From: Macrostomum lignano
Lineage: Eukaryota
Direction of reading: 5' to 3'
Length of the DNA stretch: 64,000 nt
NCBI GenBank assembly: GCA_002269645.1
Contig: NIVC01001010.1
Location: 1-64,000, forward strand
Shown here: in pieces, positions 52,734 to 64,000 of the stretch
Layout of the letters: every line of letters begins with the position of its first letter
Position numbering within the stretch: position 1 is the stretch's first letter
Program-made: the position numbers and the translations under genes
The notes under the pieces: model-generated
Told to the model about the DNA's origin: nothing
What the model saw: only the letters and a program-made list of their open reading frames with translations
The model's database searches: none

Positions 52734-55700
52734 CTATTTCTTAAATTTCTGCATTTCGTTAAAAAACTTGCTTTTAAGCTTCAGAACAGATCGATCTTTC
52801 AGGGCTGGCTCATCTTGCTTCAGCCTAAGCAGCGCATTTAACCCAGGAACTTTTCCACCTGATTCTTCAAGCATTCTGTCGAAAACACGTTTGAACGCTG
52901 CGTCTTCCTCTTCTGACCACTTGACATGCACCTGCTTCAGTTTTCGGTCTTTCTTTCTGCTGACTTTAGATGGAGGTTCGTAGGAAGGATCATCTTCGGC
53001 GGAATCAGGCGGAGAATGCAGATGCGACTTTGTCTCCGGCTTTCTCTTTTTCTTAGATTCTTTTAATTCCTTCAAAGAGAGAGGCGCACCACGAAAATCC
53101 AGCTGTGTCTGCTCTTCGTCATGATTTTCTGATGCTTCTCCGGAGGATATGCGACATGGACGCTTTGATTTGCTTTCGGTGGAATTAGCTGGTTGTGGTC
53201 GCTTTCTAATCAAACCAGACTTGCTACTCAAAGTTTTGCTGCTGCTTTGTTCATTCTCGTTTGAAAACTTTGCTGACTTCTTTGTCTTGGAAGCAACTTC
53301 GGCCTCATTCGAGTCATCCAAATCGACATCAATGTCATCAACTTCGATTTCCTCCAGTTTCTTTCCTTTCAGCTGATCTAGCTTCCCAGATTCAATCGCA
53401 AGCATCAGCTTACCGACTTTTGCTAGCTCGATTGTTCGCTCGTGAATTCGATAGAACGTATGATGCACTTGTAGGCTGTGGCCTAGATGTCTGGACAGCC
53501 AGCCCAATTCGTTTTCATTCAACTCGAGGATTTGTGATACTGTTGCCACATATTTCCTCAGTTTTGTTGACGTCAAGCGTTCAGGATGTTTGAGATCTGC
53601 ACACTTTGAAGTGACGTTTTGAATGGATTCAAACGGTGATAAATAACGCATTCCATTGAGCATGCCAAAAACGTACTCGTTGCCAGTTGGTGAATGACGT
53701 GTGCTTATGAGCTTATCGATGAGAGTGGCCACCTCTAGTGGCACGAGCAGAGGTACCTTTTTTCCTGCTCGTTTGCCGCGGACATACGGAAGAAACATGC
53801 GCCCTTTAATCTTTAACTCAAGCTCACTCAGTAGAGAGTCAGTAGTGTCGTCATATTCTTGATCGAGCTTTTTTGCTGCTTCCCAGTCTTTAAGCGTCAG
53901 TTTGAAGGTTTCCGACGCTCGCCTTCTGTTCAAAATCATGAGGCGGATTGCAACTAGCTCAGCAACGCTTTTCCAGTAGGCAGGTTCGGATAGATTATCA
54001 TCAACAACCTGTGCCAGCGCCTGCTTTAAATAGCATGTGATGGTTGTAATGTCATCCGTCAAGGGCAGAGTTTCGGCTTTGTCGGCTTTTCTTTCCTTCA
54101 AAGTCAGATGTGCGATCGTAGAAACTTTTCGCTTCCAAAGACTCTCAAAGACAGAAATAAAATTTCGTCTTTCCTCAACCTTTGATAATAGATCACTTTT
54201 TAAGGCGAAAACCATGGAGACTTCGGCAGCCGTCTTGAGACTAAAGCCGATTTTTAGCGCAATGGAAGGAATGTCAAAGCTGTCAGATGTCGCTTCGCTT
54301 TTCTTGCTCATAAATCCTGCGACTGTTCTTGTCGCCTCAACAAGATCATCGAAATGACGAGCGGTTAGTGCATTCTCCAAATCAATGGACGGCTGCTCTA
54401 CACGTTCTCTAAACGCTACTAACAAGCGTGCAAGCTCCCTCATCTTAGTGGAAACAATCTGTCGGCCTGTCTTTCCAGCTGTGTAGCCTTCAAACCAAAA
54501 GTGCCCAAGACTTAAAATTAATTTGTCAGAGCGGACGACAATGGAAAGGTGATCTTTTTTCATTCTGCTGAGCAGGTCTTGATATTCTTCAGGAAACGTC
54601 GAGGGGAGGCACGATGACAGCAGCAGACAATTTCCTTGCGAAGCGGCATTCGAACGACTTGAAGATTTCGAGTTAGATCTAAATTTGCAGCGGTCCCAGT
54701 GGCGACTTATTTCACGTCCGTAAAAAAATCCAAAGCAGTGAACACAAGGAAGATAGGTGTGTACTTCCGTAGACTCCATGGTCACGCTTTTCTCCCGACA
54801 GACAATAATTTTACCGTCCTTTTCATCCTTCAGTACAGCAATATTGTGATGAAAATCGCCTAGAAGTCGCAGTCTGTCCATCTCCCGATTGTAACCTAAC
54901 AGAGAAATTAAAAAAGGCAGCCAATTAAATATAAATCTTTACGATCACAACAAAAAAGAATCAATCGATCTGACAGTTTAAATCATACATATAGAGGCGT
55001 TCTAATAAAACTGTTGTGCCAAACTGAAGCACGAGTAAATTCTGACTTGCTTCAGACAAAATTTGAAAGAATTAGTTTTCATTTTAAAAAACTAAAACTT
55101 AACTATTTAGATCAAACTAGAAATATTCAAAAACTAAAACCAGTGGACTATTTATTCAGTTTTGATGTAAGAAGCATATTCACTTAGGCTTACCATTAGA
55201 ATTAGAACCATAAGATAGCGCGCGCTGCACGTCCACTTGATCACTATGACAACGAATAATATGCCGGCGTATTTTAGAAAACAGCTCATTACAGAAAACG
55301 CAATTATGACGCTTCTTCTCAAATGATCGGCCCTTCATCTTCTTCTGTGCATTCGACTCCAATTTTTCATTTTCGTCAGCAATCATTTGAAGAGCTGGAT
55401 GTAGATCCGACGACAACTCCTCGAGCTCGACGTCACCAAAGTCGAATTCAGGCACATCATCTACATTGCCAGAGGCAGCACTTTCTTCCACACAGGAATT
55501 CATCACCTTCTCAAACTCTACTTCGTCATCGAAATCACTCTCTTCGCTTTCGTTGCTGTCATCTAAGTCAACTTTTAATTTTTTTAATCGAGAACCACCA
55601 AATCGCAACTTATTCATAACACGACTTCTAAGAGCAGACAGCCTTGAATTCGAAACTTCATTCGTCAACGGAACATTCGTCGTCGTAGACTGCTTTAAGG

Positions 55701-55986
55701 GAGAACGTCCGGATGAAGAATTCGGGAGCGCCAAGACACCAGGACTGCTCTTCTTGTCTCCAGGATGATTTTTCCGGGTTTGTCCAGCAGCCGCTGCCTC
55801 TTGAGTAGCTCTCGACACCCTGGCCGATGCTGAGAGCTGTTCACGCGACTTATGAACGGAAGTCGTCTTCTTCGTAGCCGCCTTCTCTACACTCGACTCA
55901 TCGCGAGATGCACACGGTTCGCTGTCGCCAGCGTCAGCATCAGCAGAAGATCCCTCTGCTTGTGGGATGGTCACGTCGCTGCCCAT
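52734..55986 (-). CDS. Tyrosine recombinase protein of a Crypton-like DNA transposon; exons 55986-55194 and 54895-52734, about 984 aa
   Basis: C2H2-like CVFC..RHIIRCH, C2HC-like YLPCVHC..RHWDRC, YR catalytic set NRRRASE / VRGKR / STKLRKY / HLGH / HHTFY, and a Myb/SANT-like KWSEEE tail. A phase-1 intron (GT at 55193, AG at 54897-54896) restores a continuous frame. Confidence 0.85.
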
Positions 55987-55989
55987 CTG

Positions 55990-58900
55990 CACAATGATTG
56001 ATTTTGATGAACTAATGTAAACATATTATGACTCAATGAGGATTCAGCTGGATCCCATGTCTGAAAGTCTGTTTGGCAGTCGGTGCTTGAAGCATCCATA
56101 CTCAATGTGAACGACAATCAATGAGGGTTTAGCTGGACCCCATGTCTGAAAGTATGTTTGGCAGTCGATGCTTGAAGCACCCACAGTCAATGTGAAACAT
56201 TCAATGAGGGTTTAGCTGGACCCCATGTCTGAAAGTATGTTTGGCAGTCGATGCTTGAAGCATCCACACTCAATGTGAACGACAATCAATGAGGGTTTAG
56301 CTGGACCCCATGTCTGAAAGTATGTTTGGCAGTCGGTGCTTGAAGCACCCACAGTCAATGTGAAACATTCAATGAGGGTTTAGCTGGACCCCATGTCTGA
56401 AAGTATGTTTGGCAGTCGGTGCTTGAAGCACCCACAGTCAATGTGAACGACATTCAATGAGGGTTTAGCTGGACCCCATGTCTGAAAGTATGTTTGGCAG
56501 TCGGTGCTTGAAGCACCCACAGTCAATGTGAACGACATTCAATGAGGGTTTAGCTGGACCCCATGTCTGAAAGTATGTTTGGCAGTCGGTGCTTGAAGCA
56601 TCCACACTCAATGTGAACGACAATCAATGAGGGTTTAGCTGGACCCCATGTCTGAAAGTATGTTTGGCAGTCGATGCTTGAAGCACCCACAGTCAATGTG
56701 AAACATTCAATGAGGGTTTAGCTGGACCCCATGTCTGAAAGTATGTTTGGCAGTCGATGCTTGAAGCACCCACAGTCAATGTGAAACATTCAATGAGGGT
56801 TTAGCTGGACCCGCGACAAATATGCTGAAATTTGATTGATTGTGCTGACTTGGCATACGTCATGATAAAGTTTGCTTTTTTACAATCGAAACTAAGACAT
56901 TGAAAGCTGCAGCATATTTTTGGCCCAATAAAAATGATATTCATTAAGTAAAGCGAATGCACTTTTCCAGCGTTAGTGTAACTCAACTCAGCAATGCTCA
57001 CCGATTCAAAATGCTGACGCTGTGGTGACGGTTTCCGGTCTTGTATTTTGTTAGCAGATGACGTGATCATGAGATCAGCAGCACTTGAGTCGGATTCCTC
57101 AACCATAGCATTCTCCTTCGATGACTGGAGCGCCAAGGTACTAGGAGAGCTCTTCTTGTCTCCAGGATGGTTTTTCCGGGTTTGTCCAGCAGCCGCTGCC
57201 TCTTGAGTAGCTCTCGACACCCTGGCCGATGCTGAGAGCTGTTCACGCGACTTATGAACGGAAGTCGTCTTCTTCGTAGCCGCCTTCTCTACACTCGACT
57301 CATCGCGAGATGCACACGGTTCGCTGTCGCCAGCGTCAGCATCAGCAGAAGATCCCTCTGCTTGTGGGATGGTCACGTCGCTGCCCATCTGCACAATGAT
57401 TGATTTTGATGAACTAATGTAAACATATTATGACTCAATGAGGATTCAGCTGGATCCCATGTCTGAAAGTCTGTTTGGCAGTCGGTGCTTGAAGCATCCA
57501 CACTCAATGTGAACGACAATCAATGAGGGTTTAGCTGGACCCCATGTCTGAAAGTATGTTTGGCAGTCGGTGCTTGAAGCACCCACAGTCAATGTGAAAC
57601 ATTCAATGAGGGTTTAGCTGGACCCCATGTCTGAAAGTATGTTTGGCAGTCGGTGCTTGAAGCATCCATACTCAATGTGAACGACAATCAATGAGGGTTT
57701 AGCTGGACCCCATGTCTGAAAGTATGTTTGGCAGTCGATGCTTGAAGCACCCACAGGCAATGTGAAACATTCAATGTGGGTTTAGCTGGACCCCATGTCT
57801 GAAAGTATGTTTGGCAGTCGATGCTTGAAGCACCCACAGTCAATGTGAAACATTCAATGAGGGTTTAGCTGGACACGCGACAAATATGCTGAAATTTGAT
57901 TGATTGTGCTGACTTGGCATACGTCATGATAAAGTTTGCTTTTTTACAATCGAAACTAAGACATTGAAAGCTGCAGCATATTTTTGGCCCAATAAAAATG
58001 ATATTCATTAAGTAAAGCGAATGCACTTTTCCAGCGTTAGTGTAACTCAACTCAGCAATGCTCACCGATTCAAAATGCTGACGCTGTGGTGACGTTTTCC
58101 GGTCTTGTATTTTGTTAGCAGATGACGTGATCATGAGATCAGCAGCACTTGAGTCGGATTCCTCAACCATAGCATTCTCCTTCGATGACTGGAGCGCCAA
58201 GGTACTAGGAGAGCTCTTCTTGTCTCCAGGATGGTTTTTCCGGGTTTGTCCAGCAGCCGCTGCCTCTTGAGTAGCTCTCGACACCCTGGCCGATGCTGAG
58301 AGCTGTTCACGCGACTTATGAACGGAAGTCGTCTTCTTCGTAGCCGCCTTCTCTACACTCGACTCATCGCGAGATGCACACGGTTCGCTGTCGCCAGCGT
58401 CAGCATCAGCAGAAGATCCCTCTGCTTGTGGGATGGTCACGTCGCTGCCCATCTACACAATGATTGATTTTGATGAACTAATGTAAACATATTATGACTC
58501 AATGAGGATTCAGCTGGATCCCATGTCTGAAAGTCTGTTTGGCAGTCGGTGCTTGAAGCATCCATACTCAATGTGAACGACAATCAATGAGGGTTTAGCT
58601 GGACCCCATGTCTGAAAGTATGTTTGGCAGTCGATGCTTGAAGCACCCACAGGCAATGTGAAACATTCAATGAGGGTTTAGCTGGACCCCATGTCTGAAA
58701 GTATGTTTGGCAGTCGATGCTTGAAGCACCCACAGTCAATGTGAAACATTCAATGAGGGTTTAGCTGGACCCGCGACAAATATGCTGAAATTTGATTGAT
58801 TGTGCTGACTTGGCATACGTCATGATAAAGTTTGCTTTTTTACAATCGAAACTAAGACATTGAAAGCTGCAGCATATTTTTGGCCCAATAAAAATGATAT

Positions 58901-61900
58901 TCATTAAGTAAAGCGAATGCACTTTTCCAGCGTTAGTGTAACTCAACTCAGCAATGCTCACCGATTCAAAATGCTGACGCTGTGGTGACGTTTTCCGGTC
59001 TTGTATTTTGTTAGCAGATGACGTGATCATGAGATCAGCAGCACTTGAGTCGGATTCCTCAACCATAGCATTCTCCTTCGATGACTGGAGCGCCAAGGTA
59101 CTAGGAGAGCTCTTCTTGTCTCCAGGATGGTTTTTCCGGGTTTGTCCAGCAGCCGCTGCCTCTTGAGTAGCTCTCGACACCCTGGCCGATGCTGAGAGCT
59201 GTTCACGCGACTTATGAACGGAAGTCGTCTTCTTCGTAGCCGCCTTCTCTACACTCGACTCATCGCGAGATGCACACGGTTCGCTGTCGCCAGCGTCAGC
59301 ATCAGCAGAAGATCCCTCTGCTTGTGGATGGTCACGTCGCTGCCCATCTGCACAATGATTGATTTTGATGAACTAATGTAAACATATTATGACTCAATGA
59401 GGATTCAGCTGGATCCCATGTCTGAAAGTCTGTTTGGCAGTCGGTGCTTGAAGCACCCACAGTCAATGTGAAACATTCAATGAGGGTTTAGCTGGACCCC
59501 ATGTCTGAAAGTATGTTTGGCAGTCGGTGCTTGAAGCACCCACAGTCAATGTGAACGACAATCAATGAGGGTTTAGCTGGACCCCATGTCTGAAAGTATG
59601 TTTGGCAGTCGATGCTTGAAGCACCCACAGGCAATGTGAAACATTCAATGAGGGTTTAGCTGGACCCCATGTCTGAAAGTATGTTTGGCAGTCGATGCTT
59701 GAAGCACCCACAGTCAATGTGAAACATTCAATGAGGGTTTAGCTGGACCCGCGACAAATATGCTGAAATTTGATTGATTGTGCTGACTTGGCATACGTCA
59801 TGATAAAGTTTGCTTTTTTACAATCGAAACTAAGACATTGAAAGCTGCAGCATATTTTTGGCCCAATAAAAATGATATTCATTAAGTAAAGCGAATGCAC
59901 TTTTCCAGCGTTAGTGTAACTCAACTCAGCAATGCTCACCGATTCAAAATGCTGACGCTGTGGGGACGGTTTCCGGTCTTGTATTTTGTTAGCAGATGAC
60001 GTGATCATGAGATCAGCAGCACTTGAGTCGGATTCCTCAACCATAGCATTCTCCTTCGATGACTGGAGCGCCAAGGTACTAGGAGAGCTCTTCTTGTCTC
60101 CAGGATGGTTTTTCCGGGTTTGTCCAGCAGCCGCTGCCTCTTGAGTAGCTCTCGACACCCTGGCCGATGCTGAGAGCTGTTCACGCGACTTATGAACGGA
60201 AGTCGTCTTCTTCGTAGCCGCCTTCTCTACACTCGACTCATCGCGAGATGCACACGGTTCGCTGTCGCCAGCGTCAGCATCAGCAGAAGATCCCTCTGCT
60301 TGTGGGATGGTCACGTCGCTGCCCATCTGCACAATGATTGATTTTGATGAACTAATGTAAACATATTATGACTCAATGAGGATTCAGCTGGATCTCATGT
60401 CTGAAAGTCTGTTTGGCAGTCGGTGCTTGAAGCATCCACACTCAATGTGAACGACAATCAATGAGGGTTTAGCTGGACCCCATGTCTGAAAGTATGTTTG
60501 GCAGTCGATGCTTGAAGCACCCACAGGCAATGTGAAACATTCAATGAGGGTTTAGCTGGACCCCATGTCTGAAAGTATGTTTGGCAGTCGATGCTTGAAG
60601 CACCCACAGTCAATGTGAAACATTCAATGAGGGTTTAGCTGGACCCGCGACAAATATGCTGAAATTTGATTGATTGTGCTGACTTGGCATACGTCATGAT
60701 AAAGTTTGCTTTTTTACAATCGAAACTAAGACATTGAAAGCTGCAGCATATTTTTGGCCCAATAAAAATGATATTCATTAAGTAAAGCGAATGCACTTTT
60801 TCAGCGTTAGTGTAACTCAACTCAGCAATGCTCACCGATTCAAAATGCTGACGCTGTGGTGACGGTTTCCGGTCTTGTATTTTGTTAGCAGATGACGTGA
60901 TCATGAGATCAGCAGCACTTGAGTCGGATTCCTCAACCATAGCATTCTCCTTCGATGACTGGAGCGCCAAGGTACTAGGAGAGCTCTTCTTGTCTCCAGG
61001 ATGGTTTTTCCGGGTTTGTCCAGCAGCCGCTGCCTCTTGAGTAGCTCTCGACACCCTGGCCGATGCTGAGAGCTGTTCACGCGACTTATGAACGGAAGTC
61101 GTCTTCTTCGTAGCCGCCTTCTCTACACTCGACTCATCGCGAGATGCACACGGTTCGCTGTCGCCAGCGTCAGCATCAGCAGAAGATCCCTCTGCTTGTG
61201 GGATGGTCACGTCGCTGCCCATCTGCACAATGATTGATTTTGATGAACTAATGTAAACATATTATGACTCAATGAGGATTCAGCTGGATCCCATGTCTGA
61301 AAGTCTGTTTGGCAGTCGGTGCTTGAAGCATCCATACTCAATGTGAACGACAATCAATGAGGGTTTAGCTGGACCCCATGTCTGAAAGTATGTTTGGCAG
61401 TCGATGCTTGAAGCACCCACAGGCAATGTGAAACATTCAATGAGGGTTTAGCTGGACCCCATGTCTGAAAGTATGTTTGGCAGTCGATGCTTGAAGCACC
61501 CACAGTCAATGTGAAACATTCAATGAGGGTTTAGCTGGACCCGCGACAAATATGCTGAAATTTGATTGATTGTGCTGACTTGGCATACGTCATGATAAAG
61601 TTTGCTTTTTTACAATCGAAACTAAGACATTGAAAGCTGCAGCATATTTTTGGCCCAATAAAAATGATATTCATTAAGTAAAGCGAATGCACTTTTCCAG
61701 CGTTAGTGTAACTCAACTCAGCAATGCTCACCGATTCAAAATGCTGACGCTGTGGTGACGTTTTCCGGTCTTGTATTTTGTTAGCAGATGACGTGATCAT
61801 GAGATCAGCAGCACTTGAGTCGGATTCCTCAACCATAGCATTCTCCTTCGATGACTGGAGCGCCAAGGTACTAGGAGAGCTCTTCTTGTCTCCAGGATGG

Positions 61901-64000
61901 TTTTTCCGGGTTTGTCCAGCAGCCGCTGCCTCTTGAGTAGCTCTCGACACCCTGGCCGATGCTGAGAGCTGTTCACGCGACTTATGAACGGAAGTCGTCT
62001 TCTTCGTAGCCGCCTTCTCTACACTCGACTCATCGCGAGATGCACACGGTTCGCTGTCGCCAGCGTCAGCATCAGCAGAAGATCCCTCTGCTTGTGGGAT
62101 GGTCACGTCGCTGCCCATCTGCACAATGATTGATTTTGATGAACTAATGTAAACATATTATGACTCAATGAGGATTCAGCTGGATCCCATGTCTGAAAGT
62201 CTGTTTGGCAGTCGGTGCTTGAAGCACCCACAGTCAATGTGAAACATTCAATGAGGGTTTAGCTGGACCCCATGTCTGAAAGTATGTTTGGCAGTCGGTG
62301 CTTGAAGCACCCACAGTCAATGTGAACGACAATCAATGAGGGTTTAGCTGGACCCCATGTCTGAAAGTATGTTTGGCAGTCGATGCTTGAAGCACCCACA
62401 GGCAATGTGAAACATTCAATGAGGGTTTAGCTGGACCCCATGTCTGAAAGTATGTTTGGCAGTCGATGCTTGAAGCACCCACAGTCAATGTGAAACATTC
62501 AATGAGGGTTTAGCTGGACCCGCGACAAATATGCTGAAATTTGATTGATTGTGCTGACTTGGCATACGTCATGATAAAGTTTGCTTTTTTACAATCGAAA
62601 CTAAGACATTGAAAGCTGCAGCATATTTTTGGCCCAATAAAAATGATATTCATTAAGTAAAGCGAATGCACTTTTCCAGCGTTAGTGTAACTCAACTCAG
62701 CAATGCTCACCGATTCAAAATGCTGACGCTGTGGGGACGGTTTCCGGTCTTGTATTTTGTTAGCAGATGACGTGATCATGAGATCAGCAGCACTTGAGTC
62801 GGATTCCTCAACCATAGCATTCTCCTTCGATGACTGGAGCGCCAAGGTACTAGGAGAGCTCTTCTTGTCTCCAGGATGGTTTTTCCGGGTTTGTCCAGCA
62901 GCCGCTGCCTCTTGAGTAGCTCTCGACACCCTGGCCGATGCTGAGAGCTGTTCACGCGACTTATGAACGGAAGTCGTCTTCTTCGTAGCCGCCTTCTCTA
63001 CACTCGACTCATCGCGAGATGCACACGGTTCGCTGTCGCCAGCGTCAGCATCAGCAGAAGATCCCTCTGCTTGTGGGATGGTCACGTCGCTGCCCATCTG
63101 CACAATGATTGATTTTGATGAACTAATGTAAACATATTATGACTCAATGAGGATTCAGCTGGATCTCATGTCTGAAAGTCTGTTTGGCAGTCGGTGCTTG
63201 AAGCATCCACACTCAATGTGAACGACAATCAATGAGGGTTTAGCTGGACCCCATGTCTGAAAGTATGTTTGGCAGTCGATGCTTGAAGCACCCACAGGCA
63301 ATGTGAAACATTCAATGAGGGTTTAGCTGGACCCCATGTCTGAAAGTATGTTTGGCAGTCGATGCTTGAAGCACCCACAGTCAATGTGAAACATTCAATG
63401 AGGGTTTAGCTGGACCCGCGACAAATATGCTGAAATTTGATTGATTGTGCTGACTTGGCATACGTCATGATAAAGTTTGCTTTTTTACAATCGAAACTAA
63501 GACATTGAAAGCTGCAGCATATTTTTGGCCCAATAAAAATGATATTCATTAAGTAAAGCGAATGCACTTTTTCAGCGTTAGTGTAACTCAACTCAGCAAT
63601 GCTCACCGATTCAAAATGCTGACGCTGTGGTGACGGTTTCCGGTCTTGTATTTTGTTAGCAGATGACGTGATCATGAGATCAGCAGCACTTGAGTCGGAT
63701 TCCTCAACCATAGCATTCTCCTTCGATGACTGGAGCGCCAAGGTACTAGGAGAGCTCTTCTTGTCTCCAGGATGGTTTTTCCGGGTTTGTCCAGCAGCCG
63801 CTGCCTCTTGAGTAGCTCTCGACACCCTGGCCGATGCTGAGAGCTGTTCACGCGACTTATGAACGGAAGTCGTCTTCTTCGTAGCCGCCTTCTCTACACT
63901 CGACTCATCGCGAGATGCACACGGTTCGCTGTCGCCAGCGTCAGCATCAGCAGAAGATCCCTCTGCTTGTGGGATGGTCACGTCGCTGCCCATCTGCACA
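55990..64000 (-). repeat. Tandem array of 0.9-1.4 kb units, each a 387-nt exon-like segment (MGSDV..HFES) plus an intron containing 83/85-bp minisatellites; continues past the window end
   Basis: Exon ATGs at 57388, 58452, 59347, 60326, 61222, 62118, 63097 and 63993. The spacings of 896, 979 and 1064 (895 at the copy with a 1-nt deletion) differ by 83 or 83+85. Confidence 0.95.

Noticed and set aside
52734-55986. Bacterial or phage integrase contamination, or DIRS retrotransposon
   Set aside because: It has a spliceosomal intron and eukaryotic zinc-finger and Myb-like parts, and no RT/RNaseH is visible in the window.
56801-63999. 197-aa ORFs as a tandem gene family
   Set aside because: The last roughly 65 codons are AT-rich and follow a strong GTGAGC donor, so they look like intron read-through; the unit is better read as an exon.
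55990-64000. CRISPR-like repeat/spacer appearance (83-bp repeats separated by longer segments)
   Set aside because: The intervening segments are near-identical to each other, the repeats are tandem and too long, there are no cas genes, and the context is eukaryotic.

Overview
Eukaryotic (animal) genomic DNA with GC-rich spliced exons, AT-rich intergenic DNA and roughly a quarter of the window in 15-85 bp minisatellites. The style fits a free-living flatworm such as Macrostomum lignano; this is inference, not a database match. Genes in order: SETD9 (-, with two apparent frameshifts), a dual-specificity phosphatase (+), an unrecognised Pro/Gln-rich 6-exon gene (+), two tandem RING-less BRCA1-type tandem-BRCT genes (+), an intronless secreted-protein gene nested on the same strand inside an intron of the first BRCT gene, a piggyBac relic, and TEX264 (+) with a long acidic tail. 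Between 13.4 and 23.1 kb lies an island of non-autonomous DNA transposons, several with readable TIRs and TSDs. The most unusual part is 52.7-64 kb: an apparently intact, intron-containing tyrosine-recombinase gene (Crypton-like; zinc fingers + YR + Myb-like tail). Upstream of it are at least 8 tandem copies of a phase-0/0 387-nt exon, each with its own splice sites and separated by 83/85-bp minisatellite introns, partly organised as a 2771-bp higher-order repeat. All gene models were hand-spliced from GT/AG signals and frame continuity. Family assignments come from remembered motifs, not searches.
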